Assembly: GCA_963817855.1 (NCBI GenBank)
Contig: CAWFQA010000004.1
Coordinates: 369,668-433,667 of the forward strand
Source of the DNA: an uncultured Acidobacteriota bacterium
GTDB lineage: Bacteria > Acidobacteriota > Terriglobia > Terriglobales > Acidobacteriaceae
Length of the DNA stretch: 64,000 bases
Direction: 5' to 3'
A model generated the notes under the pieces. That model ran no database searches and was not told where the DNA came from. It was given only the letters and a program-made list of their open reading frames with translations. The position numbers and the translations under genes were made by a program. Below, in pieces: positions 47,776 through 58,016 of this stretch (within the stretch, counting starts at the first letter, position 1; each line of letters begins with the position of its first letter).

Positions 47776-50700
47776 TCAATAATATAACTTCAGAGCCACT
47801 TGGATGTTGCGTGGAGGCTGAGCGCTGGTAATTTGTCCCATGGTCTGTCCCAGACCCATGCTCGGAACGTTGAATTGAGGATGATTCAGCGCGTTGACGA
47901 AGTCGGTTCGAAACTGCACCCGGAACCGTTGTGTGATCTGGAAGTTTTTGTGAATGCTGAAATCCAGGTCGAAGTAGCGCGGAGAGCGCAGACCTCCGAG
48001 CTGCGGTGCGCAGTTTCCGAAGGTGCCAGGCGCCGGCTGAACAAAGTTTCCGTTGTTGACAAACCACTGACGGCCAACCCCCACGCCACCGACTATCGCT
48101 GGAGTATTTGTGATGGACGGCAAGGAGTTGCAGTCTGGCCGAGGTCCACGACCGAAGGTACCGGAGTTATCCGCACCGAAGGTGAGGCAGTGGCCAGCCA
48201 GAACGCCATGAAAGTAGCGGGCTAAATTCCCAGCCTCCAATCAACAGATCGACAGCCTTCCCACTGTCCCCGCCAAATTTCTGACCGCGACCAAAGGGTA
48301 GCTGGTAAATTGCATACGCGGACAGTACATGCGTGGCGTCGTAGTAACACGGAGCCCACTCTGCCCGCTGGTCATAGACGTTCTGCCAATACGCCGAAGC
48401 GCTGGCGGCGTTATTCCAGGCTCCGTAATATCCCGTGCTGTCGGACATGCACTTGGAGTAGGTGTAGGAGACCTGACCCTGAAGGCCGTGGACCATGTCC
48501 CGCTGCAGCACGGCTTGCAAGGAGTTGTACGACATGTTTCCGTTTGACTTCGTGCCCGAGACGGTGGCGCCTTGATTACCGTAAGGCGAGGCCAGAGTCG
48601 GGCGGCAGATTCGAGACGCCCGTGCCCAGTACGCCATAGAGGGTCTAGGTTGGCGGCAAAATAAGGGCTGGGTGCTGTGGCCCCACCGGGCTGCAATACC
48701 CTTTGCGCAAAGTCGTACGGCACCATCAGGTGGTGACCCGTTTGACCCACATACCCAACCTGAACGGTCGTCGCATGCGAAAGCTGATGCTGAATCGTCA
48801 GGTTAAATTGATTGGCGATTGCCGGCTGCACATTTGGATCCCAGATGCGCAGAAATGCCCCTGCATAACAAGCGTACGTCGGAGCCGCGCATGAAGGGTT
48901 GACGCCCTGACCTACGATTCCGTCGGTTGTGTCGGTCAGAGGCAAGGGAATGTTGTTGTACGTGGCATTGATTTCAGCCGGAGTAAAGGGCGGATTCAAG
49001 GGCAGGCGGAGGTTCGTGCCTGTTCCTTCCATGTAGGAGGAAATTGTGAATGCGCCGCGGACTACCGTACGGCCACCCATCATCGCGGGAGTCCATGCGA
49101 AACCGATGCGCGGCTGGAAGTCTCTCCCTCCGTAGAAGCCGTTGTAGAGCGCCCGGCTGGCTCCGTTCTGGCCGGCCAGGTCGATGTTTCCGGTGGCGAA
49201 GTTATAGTTCGCCTGCTTGTTGTTGGATTCTACCCACGGCGTGTGTGCATCGTAGCGGAGGCCAAGGTTTAAGGTGAGCTCATCACGTTACGCGCCATGT
49301 GTCTTCGCCATAGATGCCGATAATGTTACTCGTCTGCTGCCATGTGGCGCCGGTGCTGGTACCACGCCCAATCGACTGCGGTAGGCCGAGCACAAAATCC
49401 GCTCCACCGTCGCCAGCTCCGCTGCCGGCAGACGCGGAATTGGTTGAGGTAAACTGACCATTGAAATTCATCAAGCCCAACTCACCGTTATTACCGGCAT
49501 AGAAGGTCTTGATGATGTCGCGCCAGTACTGGCCTCCGAATTTGAAAGTGTGCCGTCCATGGGACCAGGTCAGCCCATCCTCAGCTTCCCAAACGTGGTC
49601 ATCAAAACTTTGAGTCGACTCGGCAGCTCCAATGTTGTTGACGAATGAGTTGGAAAAGTTCAAGCCCAGCAGGCCATCGAGGTTTGCCGGATTGCCATTG
49701 CCAATTCCCAGCGTGTTTCCGTACTGGCCCACGTTCGAAGCCCAGCTATTGCCGGTGTTGAGTGTAATGTGGCTGTAGCCAAACCGAGCATCATTCAAAA
49801 GATTGTTCGTCAGTGTCCGGGTCCAGTCGCCAACCGTGTTCAAAATCGGCGCCGTTCCATAGCTGTTGGAGAACAAAACGAAAGAGTTGGTGCTTGGATT
49901 GTTCTGATAGGCCCGGGTATAGCGGTACGAAATGGTGTCCTTCTGGGTCGGTCTATAGTCAATCTTCAGATCGCCCTGGTCCACGTTTTCAGCGGAAGCT
50001 ACCTGGTTGGTCGCGTTGTCTTGCAGGTTACTGTTGATCGGCGCAGGGTAAAGGCTTGAAGAGAACAGGTTCGCCGCTACCGGGCTGATCATGGTAGCAG
50101 GAATTCTGTTGAACTTAAAAGGACTCCGCGGCGAGGCAGGGGTCGAGGAAGGGGTGCATGGAGCCGCGAAGGATGCGCAGGGGTTGTATAGCTGACCGGT
50201 ACCTTTGCAAACGCCAGTGACGGGGTCAAAGCCGGCACTGCAGATTGCACTGAAGTCGCCCGCGCGCTCCGCGGCTGTGAAAAGGGTAATGTGATTGGTC
50301 GTGGTCGGAACATCGAAGCGCTGCCCTTGATAGTCCGCAAAGAAGAAGAGCCTGTTTTTCAGGATGGGGCCGCCGGCAGTGAAACCGAACATATTCCAGC
50401 GAACCTTAGGTTTCGCAAGGACGTTGTTGGGATTTACTCCGCTCTGCCAGTTGTTCGCGTTCAAGACATCATTGCGGAAATACTCCCAGACATCGCCATG
50501 GAAGCTGTTGGTTCCCGATTTGATGGTGGCGTTGATGATGCCGCCCTCAAAGTTACCGAACTCCGCCGGGGCGTTGTTGGTGATCAGGTTGAACTCCTCG
50601 ATCGCATCGGGAGCCGGCGCATAACCCAGCAGGTTATCCGAAACCTGGTTATTATCCATGCCGTCCAGCAGGAAGTTATTTGCCTGCTCACGGTTACCGT

Positions 50701-51274
50701 TGATCAGCGGACGGCCGCCGTATCCAGCGGTATTGTTGCCGTTATTGAAGCTGCTGGGATCGGTCGAGACAGAACCTGGCGCAAGCAGCGTGAGTTGTAC
50801 GTAGTTGCGCGCGGCAAGTGGCATCTCGTCGTTGGTTGCGGCATTGATGACAGTGTCGACCTGCGTGGTTTGGGTTTTCAATATCGGAGCCATGCCGGTC
50901 ACTTTTACCGTCTCACTTTGCTTTCCGAGCTTGAGCGCTACGTCGATACGAGCGACTTGATCTACGGTGAGGACAAACGCCTCATGGACGGCTGTGGTGA
51001 ATCCGGCTTTATCAACCGTGAGGGTGTAGTTGCCAGCTGGTACGGATGGGATTCGATACAAGCCCGAATCATTTGTGACGGCAGTATACGTGGTGCCGCG
51101 CTCCACCGAGGTTGCTGTGACTGAAGCTCCGGAAACAGTTGCGCCGGCCGGATCCGTGATGGTGCCGACTATGGCTGCTGTCACGGTCTGGCTCCAGGCC
51201 GATTGACTAATAACTGAAAAAACAAGCAGTACGGCACCCAGTACTGCCGCTGACGCTACGCTCTTTTTGCGCAT
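47776..51274 (-). pseudogene. TonB-dependent receptor with an N-terminal carboxypeptidase-regulatory-like domain, broken by at least 3 frameshifts
   Basis: Signal peptide, CarboxypepD_reg domain (ITDPAGATVSGASVTATSVERGTTYTAVTNDSGLYRIPSVPAGNYTL), plug and barrel segments, and the terminal ...RNIQVALKLYY. Sense jumps frame at about 49283-49290, about 48600-48650 and about 48180-48190. These correspond to ORF-track pieces 49283..51274, 48241..49083, 48167..48637 and 47776..48240. Confidence 0.85.
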
Positions 51275-51522
51275 CCCTGAACCTCCGAAAGTGTAATTTC
51301 TATGTGGGCAATCTTTGTTTACAACTTTTACAAACTATTTGCAGCCCTTCAGAACTTGTACGAGATGCTAATTTCCTCCCTACGGTGTTGTCAACAAAAA
51401 GAATTTTTGGGCAAAAGGTCTATCAATCAGAAGAAGCGCTTCATTGTGGCAGTACTGGATAGAGAACTTGTTATCCCTGGAAGAAGTCCAGCCACATCTG
51501 CCATGCGTCGCCCACCCTGATT

Positions 51523-51840
51523 TTATTCGCGATCATCGCTTTCCTTCGACGCCCGATCTGCGGCATGCGCCGCTGCAATCTCCGGATCCATCGATCGCAG
51601 CTTGTCCGCAGCGATGCGTTGTGCTTCAGCCCAGGAGGGAGTAGATAGAGAGTGGCGTTTCTTGTCGCCGTTCGCCTCTCGGATGTAGGCCCGCTTGGGG
51701 CATTTGCATCCGTCGTAATCTTTGTTTATAGCGTGGGGACACGTCGACAGATGCCGGGTGTACGGCTTGACGCTTCCATGCGGGTTCTTCTGTATTTGAT
51801 TTATGCGACGTACTAACAACTTTGCACATGCGGTGTACAT
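51523..51840 (-). CDS. Hypothetical 105-aa protein resembling the Cys/His-containing N-terminus of some phage-type integrases
   Basis: HLSTCPHAINKDYDGCKCPKRAYIREANGDKKRHSLSTPSWAEAQRIAADKL recalls the H..CP...C.CPKW...R.SL.T.SWE.A pattern of some tyrosine-recombinase N-termini (from memory, not searched). No catalytic domain follows. Confidence 0.45.
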   Translation of the reverse strand: MYTACAKLLVRRINQIQKNPHGSVKPYTRHLSTCPHAINKDYDGCKCPKRAYIREANGDKKRHSLSTPSWAEAQRIAADKLRSMDPEIAAAHAADRASKESDDRE

Positions 51841-51890
51841 GACATTTCAGGGAAATATCAACTATATGTGAATAAGGGAGCTAGCTCGAC

Positions 51891-52316
51891 GTGAAGGTAC
51901 ATACGGAATACCTGAATATGCAGACGCCTCAGCGACGTGAGATTGTCCACATTACACCGCAGGTGGAAGAGATTGTACGACGCAGTGGAATCCAGGATGG
52001 ACTGTGCTTTGTGTCGCCGATGCACATTACCGCGGCAGTCTACGTCAACGACCTGGAAGAAGGTCTGATCGAAGACATCATGGAATGGCTGGACAAGCTG
52101 GCGCCTGTAGGTCCGGATTATCGCCACCACCAGACCGGAGAAGACAACGGAGATGCGCATCTGAAGTCGCTGCTGCTGCACCATGAGACAACATTGCCCA
52201 TCACCGAAGGCAAGCTTGACCTGGGTCGATGGCAGCGCGTCTTCTATGCGGAATTCGACGGCCAACGACGCAAGCGCGTCATTGTGAAAGCCATGGGCGT
52301 AACAGAAAAAGGCTAG
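51891..52316 (+). CDS. yjbQ: YjbQ/UPF0047 family protein (secondary thiamine-phosphate synthase)
   Basis: GTG start. [39 protein letters not shown]...[11 protein letters not shown]...[14 protein letters not shown] matches the family. Confidence 0.85.
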   Translation: MKVHTEYLNMQTPQRREIVHITPQVEEIVRRSGIQDGLCFVSPMHITAAVYVNDLEEGLIEDIMEWLDKLAPVGPDYRHHQTGEDNGDAHLKSLLLHHETTLPITEGKLDLGRWQRVFYAEFDGQRRKRVIVKAMGVTEKG

Positions 52317-52433
52317 GGCGCCGTTTGTTTGGTGGGAAAGCCAGAGAACCAGGCAAGAGGCCGGTTGGTGCCCGGGAATGCGCTTGCGCTGGCCTGCTTT
52401 ATTGCGGTGCGATTCTCAGTCATACTAGGTTGC

Positions 52434-53597
52434 ATGTCCGCCAATGATAGCGAACTCGCCCGCCTGGTCGAGGAATTGAACCGGTCTGTTGCCCGTGCGC
52501 CGCGGGTCAGCGACAAACCCGGGGCGAGCCCGCGCGATCTCGACCAGCTTCTCGCTCTTGCTGGTCAGCGGCAGGCATCCGACCTGTTGCTTGTTGCCAA
52601 CTCGCCCATCGCGTTTCGCATCAACGGAGCTTTGGCTACGGCCAGCAGCTCCCTCACTTCTTCCGAAGAGGTGCGCAGCTATCTGCAACCGCTGCTGACC
52701 GGCACGTTGTCTCAGGAGCTGGAGAGGAATCGCTCGATCGATTTCTGTTTTATGCGACCTAATATCGGCCGTTTTCGCGCCAATGTTCATTATCAGCGCG
52801 GTAGTCTGGCGGCGGCGATTCGGCTACTTCCCGCCCAAATTCCATCGCTCGAGTCGCTTCATCTTCCGGCCATCCTGAGCCCGCTCGCAGAACGCCGCCA
52901 GGGATTCGTTCTCTTTACCGGCCCTACGGGCTGCGGGAAGACGTCCTCTCTCGCGGCACTCATTGACCTGATCAACGCTCGCAGGCGAGACCACATTATC
53001 ACCATTGAAGACCCGATCGAGTATGAGCATCCCAACCGCAGTTCGATTGTGGAGCAAGTGGAGGTAGGTACCGACGCACGTGGTTTTGCTGAAGCGGTGC
53101 GCTCCGTGCTGCGGCAAAATCCAGACGTGATTTTGATTGGGGAAATTCGCGACGCAGAAACCATGTCAGCCGCCCTGACAGCTGCGGAAACCGGTCACCT
53201 TGTTCTTTCTTCGCTTCACACGAATGACACCGCCCAAACCATCAGCCGCATCCTCGATGTGTTTCCGACTGGACACCAGCAGCAAATTCGGCAGCAGCTT
53301 TCGTTGGCGTTGCTGGCCATCGTTGCGCAACAACTCGTGCCCGCGTCGGACGGCACCGGGCGTTATCCGGCGACCGAGGTCATGCTCGCGAATTTCGCCA
53401 TGCGCAATCTGATCCGACAGGGCCACGACCATCAGATTCGTTCGCAAATCATGATTGCGCGTAGTGAAGGCATGATGACCATGGATCAATCTCTAGGCGA
53501 GCTTGTCCGTGCGAATCGAATTTCGCGGGAGACGGCCTTTGCCCACTGTCATCAGCCGGATGATCTGCGAAGGCAACTGGACTCGACGGTGGTTTGA
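52434..53597 (+). CDS. pilT: PilT-type twitching-motility/secretion ATPase (no pilus genes nearby)
   Basis: ASDLLL, FRANVHYQRGSLAAAIRLL, Walker A GPTGCGKTS, DPIEYEH, VILIGEIRD and SSLHTND motifs. About 45 extra N-terminal residues even from the ATG at 52434; the ORF track starts at 52329. Confidence 0.9.
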   Translation: MSANDSELARLVEELNRSVARAPRVSDKPGASPRDLDQLLALAGQRQASDLLLVANSPIAFRINGALATASSSLTSSEEVRSYLQPLLTGTLSQELERNRSIDFCFMRPNIGRFRANVHYQRGSLAAAIRLLPAQIPSLESLHLPAILSPLAERRQGFVLFTGPTGCGKTSSLAALIDLINARRRDHIITIEDPIEYEHPNRSSIVEQVEVGTDARGFAEAVRSVLRQNPDVILIGEIRDAETMSAALTAAETGHLVLSSLHTNDTAQTISRILDVFPTGHQQQIRQQLSLALLAIVAQQLVPASDGTGRYPATEVMLANFAMRNLIRQGHDHQIRSQIMIARSEGMMTMDQSLGELVRANRISRETAFAHCHQPDDLRRQLDSTVV

Positions 53598-53659
53598 AGA
53601 ACCGCGTGGCGGGAATTACCGGGTACGATTGCAGTGCTATGAACGAACCGGCGATGGCA

Positions 53660-55423
53660 TTAACTGACGACGGAAAGCTCTTCTTCCAGCATTTGCTTTT
53701 CGTGCAGCTGGGTGTAGTAGCCGTTGCGGGCGACCAGCTCATCGTGCGTGCCCAGTTCGACAATGGAGCCGTCGACTAGCACAGCAATTTGATCCGCGTG
53801 GCGCACGGTTGAAACTCTGTGCGAGATAAAGATCGTGGTGCGACCGCGCATGGCTTCCGCCAGTCCCTGTAGAATTCGCTCCTCGGTGAACGTGTCGACG
53901 CTGGACAGCGCGTCATCGAGGATCAGGATGCGAGGGTCGCGCACCAGCGCGCGGGCAATCGCTGTGCGCTGCTTCTGACCACCGGAAAGCGTGACGCCAC
54001 GCTCGCCTACGAGAGTATCGAATCCTTTGGGAAACTCAAGAATTTCGTCGCGGATATGTGCCGTGGCAGCCGCATCAAGGATTTCCTGTTCGGTTGCCGC
54101 CGGAGCTCCAAAGGCCACATTTTCTCGAATTGACTCGCTGAAAAGAAATGTCTCCTGAGGAACAAAGCCGATCGCTTCGCGCAGTTTTGTCAGCGGATAA
54201 TCCATCACCGACCTACCGTCGAGCAGCAGCATGCCTCGTTGCGCTTCGAGCAGCCGAGGAATTAGGCGCACCAGCGTGGTTTTGCCGGATCCGGTTGGAC
54301 CGACAATCGCGAAGCTGCTGCCTGCCGGAATCCTTAAATTGATATTCCGCAGCACCGCTGCCGTGGAGTTGCCATAGGTAAAGCTGAGATTGCGGAATTC
54401 AATGTCGCCGCGGATCTCTGTTGTGAAGGGGCCGGCCTCCGGTAGTGTGGCGTCGGAAATCGACGGCTCAGCGATAAGAATCTCGTGGATGCGGGTGACG
54501 GATGCGGTCCCCCGCTGTACCAGGTTCACCACCCATCCGAGAGCAATCACGGGCCAGGTCAGCATCACCATATATGTGGTGAATGCCACGAAGGCACCAA
54601 CGGAAATTTTCGCGTTGACGACTTCGTGCCCCCCGACCAACAGCACGACAACGAGAGACAAGCCGAGCATGAATTCCAGAGTGGGCCACAACATTCCCAT
54701 CAAGCGAACCAGGCGCAGGGCGCGACGAACATACTCCGAGTTGGCCCGTTCAAAGGACGAAACCTCCGCGCCTTCCTGCGCAAATGCACGCACGAGCCGG
54801 GCGCCCGCAACATTCTCCTGCACCTGCGCAGAGATGTCGGAGTACATGGCCTGAATTCGCTCAAAGCGCTCATGAATCTTCCGTCCAAAATACTGGACCA
54901 GAATGCTGGCGGCCGGCAGCGGCACAAACGCAAGCAGCGTCAGCCAGGGACTGATGCGAACCATGAAAATAAGCGCACCGATCGTAAACAGAATCGTGTT
55001 GGCGCTGTACATGATGGCCGGACCGAGCAGCATGCGGACGGCGTTCAGATCGTTGGTCGCGCGTGCCATAATATCGCCGGTGCGATTTTCCTGGAAGTAG
55101 GAAGGCGCCTGCCGTTCCAGAACGCGGAACAAATCATTGCGCAGGTCGTACTCAATATCTCGCGAGAGGCCAATGAGAACCCATCGCGTCAAGAAGAGGA
55201 AGACGCCCTTCGACAGGGCTACGGCAACCAGAATTCCGGCATAGAGAAGAATGCCGCGATGACTCAGATGCTTGGTCATATCGTCGATGGCGCGACGGAT
55301 GACTTCCGGAAACAAGACCCATATGGCGTTGCTGCAAACGGCAAAGAAGCCGCCCAGCAAAAATCCGCGGCGATAACGGCGCATGTACGGAAACAGCGGA
55401 CGCAAATTTTCGATCAGAGTCAA
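53660..55423 (-). CDS. ABC exporter, fused permease/ATPase half-transporter (MsbA-like)
   Basis: TTG start with GAAGG 7 nt upstream. Six-helix TMD followed by Walker A GPTGSGKTT, signature LSGGQKQR and Walker B ILILDDALS. Confidence 0.9.
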   Translation of the reverse strand: MTLIENLRPLFPYMRRYRRGFLLGGFFAVCSNAIWVLFPEVIRRAIDDMTKHLSHRGILLYAGILVAVALSKGVFLFLTRWVLIGLSRDIEYDLRNDLFRVLERQAPSYFQENRTGDIMARATNDLNAVRMLLGPAIMYSANTILFTIGALIFMVRISPWLTLLAFVPLPAASILVQYFGRKIHERFERIQAMYSDISAQVQENVAGARLVRAFAQEGAEVSSFERANSEYVRRALRLVRLMGMLWPTLEFMLGLSLVVVLLVGGHEVVNAKISVGAFVAFTTYMVMLTWPVIALGWVVNLVQRGTASVTRIHEILIAEPSISDATLPEAGPFTTEIRGDIEFRNLSFTYGNSTAAVLRNINLRIPAGSSFAIVGPTGSGKTTLVRLIPRLLEAQRGMLLLDGRSVMDYPLTKLREAIGFVPQETFLFSESIRENVAFGAPAATEQEILDAAATAHIRDEILEFPKGFDTLVGERGVTLSGGQKQRTAIARALVRDPRILILDDALSSVDTFTEERILQGLAEAMRGRTTIFISHRVSTVRHADQIAVLVDGSIVELGTHDELVARNGYYTQLHEKQMLEEELSVVS

Positions 55424-55499
55424 AGGGTTGCCTTCTCATATTCGATTGTAGCCAAGACGAATGGTTGCGAGAATCGGAGCTTGTTCGGCGTCGATGTGC

Positions 55500-57869
55500 T
55501 TACGTTGGGGTACGGAGCAGCAAATACCCGCCGACCAGGCCAAACAGCAGATCGGGCGACCACGCAGCCAGCACGGCGGGAAGTGTATTGACGTTGCCCA
55601 TGGCTTCAAACAGCCCTGCAGCTATCCAGTACGCGATGGCCACACCGATGGCGACGGCGACTCCCGTCAACGATCCGCGCCGACCCATGGAAAGAGAAAA
55701 AGGAACGGCCAGGATTGCCATCACCAGCGTAACCAGCGGATACGCGACCTTCTTGTCGAGTTGCACCCGAAGCGGAAGCGTATCGAAGCCGCTCTGGCTA
55801 AGGTCATGGATGTAATGAGCGAGTTCCGGAAACGTCATCTCTGAAGACTGGAGATCTTCTTTCTTAAAATAGCTCGGCGGTTCCGCGATGTTTGGAAATA
55901 CTTCACTGTTGAATTTGCGATAAGACGAAATTGTGCCGCCCTCGAAAGTTCTTTCCCAGCCGTCTACGAATTCCCACTCATGTTGCTGTGAATCCCAGAC
56001 AACGTTCGAAGCGAAAATGCGCCCCGCGAGGACGAAGCTGTTGGGCTGAAACTCCAGCACCGTCAAGTTCGCGAAGCGATTGTTGGCGGAATCAAAATAC
56101 TCGTAGTAAAAGATCTGCGAGCCTTCATTCGGCCTGGTTTTGCCAAATACCCATTCACGGTCGGGGCGAAGAAACGTGCGGGGCGGCTTTCCTTTGATTT
56201 CGCTTCGTAATGCCTCTTGTTTGCGGTTGGCGTTCGGCAAGTAGAACTGGTCGAAGGTGAACATCACGACAGAAAGTATGGCGGCGATCATAAAAATCGG
56301 CACTACCGCGCGGTACAAGCTGATGCCGGTGGCCTTCATCGCGGTTAGTTCGCTGGATCGATTCAGGGTGCCGACTGTCACCAGGACGGCGATCAATACG
56401 CTGAGAGGTGTGATGGTGTAGATCATGCTTGGCGTCAGGTTTAGCAGGTATTCACCGACAACTTCCAGCGCGGCGTGATTGCGGATAATATCGCCGAGCA
56501 ACTCAAACAAAGAAAAAATCAACGACAGCATTACGAAACTGACTTCGACCAGCAGGAAGCTGCCAACGAACGAGCGCAGCACGTAGTCGTCCAGAATTAG
56601 CGGAAAGCCCTCATACAGAGTGCGTCGCGGCAGAGCGTCGAACACGGCTGCCGGCGATGGCTCTCCTCCTCGACGAAAGACCTTGCGCAGCTTTTCGCCA
56701 ACCCTAGGCATGGGGAAACGAACCGTCCCGCGCGACATTTGATACAGCAGCAACAAGCCGGCCATCCCGAATAACAGGTTGGCTCCCCATACTCCAAGCA
56801 GGGCAGGAATTTTTTGTTGCCTGGCCAGCGCCATTCCGGTGGAGGAAAGGAAGTAGTACACGAAGACAAGAAAAATCGTCAGCACGAAACCCATGCTCTT
56901 GCCGCCGCGCCGTGACGACAATCCCAGCGGAATGCCGACCAATATCAGCACCAAACATGCGGTGGGGTAGGCATAGCGCTTTTGTAGTTCGATCTGGTAC
57001 CAGCGACCGTTCGGGGAATGGGCACGGTCATACAATTGGCGATTCGACATGGCCAGAATGGGGACGTCGCTGTGGCCGATGCGCGTGGTTTCCTGGCCAC
57101 TGCCAATTTGGATCGGCAGGTCCGTCTGAGCGAAGGTGGAGATGCTGTACGCTCCGGGGTCATTCGGGGGCATTTCATGCTGCTCGCCATTGCGCAGGCG
57201 CATGCGCAGGTCATGGTGTTGGCCGCCGACTACGGTAGCTTGCTGGGCTAAGGTAATTTTCGGAGAGCGAGGGTCGCTGATGTCGGCCAAAAACACGTGC
57301 GACCACACGGAAGCGTGACGGCCAACCCGGACATCCTGCACGTACAGAATAGAGTTCCGGAAATCTTCATAGAACACTCGTGGCTGCACCTGGAATGAGG
57401 CCTGCGAATCTCGCAGCGAGTTTTCCACTCTCAACATCGCTGTTGTCGCCTTGGGTGCAAGGTACAGCGCATTGAAAAGTCCGAGAACCCAGGCCGCGAC
57501 GCCGACGATGGCGACAATGCGGACGAACTGAAACACGCCGAAGCCGCAGGCCCGCATCGCCGTGACTTCGCTATCGGCCGCCAGGCGGCTAAGCCCCAGC
57601 AGCACTCCCACCAGAACCGCCATGGGAATGGTGAGTGTCAACGAATCCGGCAAGGTGAACAAAACCAGCTTCAAAACGCTGAGCGGCGAGGCACCGTCCT
57701 GCACCACCAGTTCTAGAATCTGGAGCAGTTTCGGCATGAAAATCACAAACGTAAATAGCCCGATTCCCACAAAAGCGTGGGAGAGAACCTCGCCGAGAAT
57801 GTAGCGTGTCAGGATGCGCACGGTAGTCGTCTTAGCCTTCGTCATCGGTCGACGGAACTTACTCAGCAT
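55500..57869 (-). CDS. Fused LptF-LptG (YjgP/YjgQ family) LPS-export permease
   Basis: Two tandem YjgP/YjgQ modules in one 789-aa frame: ILTRYILGEVLSHAF... (module 1) and LILDDYVLRSFVGSFLL... (module 2). An in-frame Met (ATG at 56711, residue 387) sits at the junction. Confidence 0.85.
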   Translation of the reverse strand: MLSKFRRPMTKAKTTTVRILTRYILGEVLSHAFVGIGLFTFVIFMPKLLQILELVVQDGASPLSVLKLVLFTLPDSLTLTIPMAVLVGVLLGLSRLAADSEVTAMRACGFGVFQFVRIVAIVGVAAWVLGLFNALYLAPKATTAMLRVENSLRDSQASFQVQPRVFYEDFRNSILYVQDVRVGRHASVWSHVFLADISDPRSPKITLAQQATVVGGQHHDLRMRLRNGEQHEMPPNDPGAYSISTFAQTDLPIQIGSGQETTRIGHSDVPILAMSNRQLYDRAHSPNGRWYQIELQKRYAYPTACLVLILVGIPLGLSSRRGGKSMGFVLTIFLVFVYYFLSSTGMALARQQKIPALLGVWGANLLFGMAGLLLLYQMSRGTVRFPMPRVGEKLRKVFRRGGEPSPAAVFDALPRRTLYEGFPLILDDYVLRSFVGSFLLVEVSFVMLSLIFSLFELLGDIIRNHAALEVVGEYLLNLTPSMIYTITPLSVLIAVLVTVGTLNRSSELTAMKATGISLYRAVVPIFMIAAILSVVMFTFDQFYLPNANRKQEALRSEIKGKPPRTFLRPDREWVFGKTRPNEGSQIFYYEYFDSANNRFANLTVLEFQPNSFVLAGRIFASNVVWDSQQHEWEFVDGWERTFEGGTISSYRKFNSEVFPNIAEPPSYFKKEDLQSSEMTFPELAHYIHDLSQSGFDTLPLRVQLDKKVAYPLVTLVMAILAVPFSLSMGRRGSLTGVAVAIGVAIAYWIAAGLFEAMGNVNTLPAVLAAWSPDLLFGLVGGYLLLRTPT

Positions 57870-58016
57870 GAATCATCAGTGTAGCTCCGGGCCGTCGCCA
57901 CAACGCCAAACTTCGCATCGATTTTCCTTCGTGCTACCCTGATCGGTGCCCAGCAAAGGGGTTGTGTTCATTAGCGGTTGTGGGCCGCCGATGTAGGACC
58001 CAAGGAGATCACTCGC

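Noticed and set aside
48600-48660. A short third-frame excursion (TLYGVLGTGVSNLPPDSGLA) suggesting two closely spaced frameshifts in the TonB receptor
   Set aside because: It is plausible but too short to distinguish from chance by eye. I count this junction as a single event until it is aligned to an intact orthologue.
50291-51124. 277-aa plus-strand ORF inside the TonB-receptor locus
   Set aside because: It is antisense to the best-preserved part of the receptor (signal peptide, CarboxypepD_reg and plug), and it has no motifs of its own.
51523-53597. Integrase-like stump, YjbQ and an orphan PilT ATPase considered as a mobile island or defence module
   Set aside because: The PilT-like protein has a complete canonical motif set. 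YjbQ is a widespread housekeeping family. No nuclease, effector, repeats, att sites or tRNA are present, so there is not enough evidence to propose a system.
54485-55591. 368-aa plus-strand ORF antisense to the ABC exporter and the lptFG 3' end
   Set aside because: It is a shadow ORF with low-complexity, Arg/Gln/His-rich composition, and it spans an intergenic gap of the real genes.
56680-56760. Possibility that the LptF-LptG fusion is another frameshift artefact
   Set aside because: Neither alternative frame across the junction encodes a plausible LptF C-terminus or a coupled stop/start. The in-use frame is continuous and hydrophobic-to-linker as expected, so it is treated as a genuine fusion.
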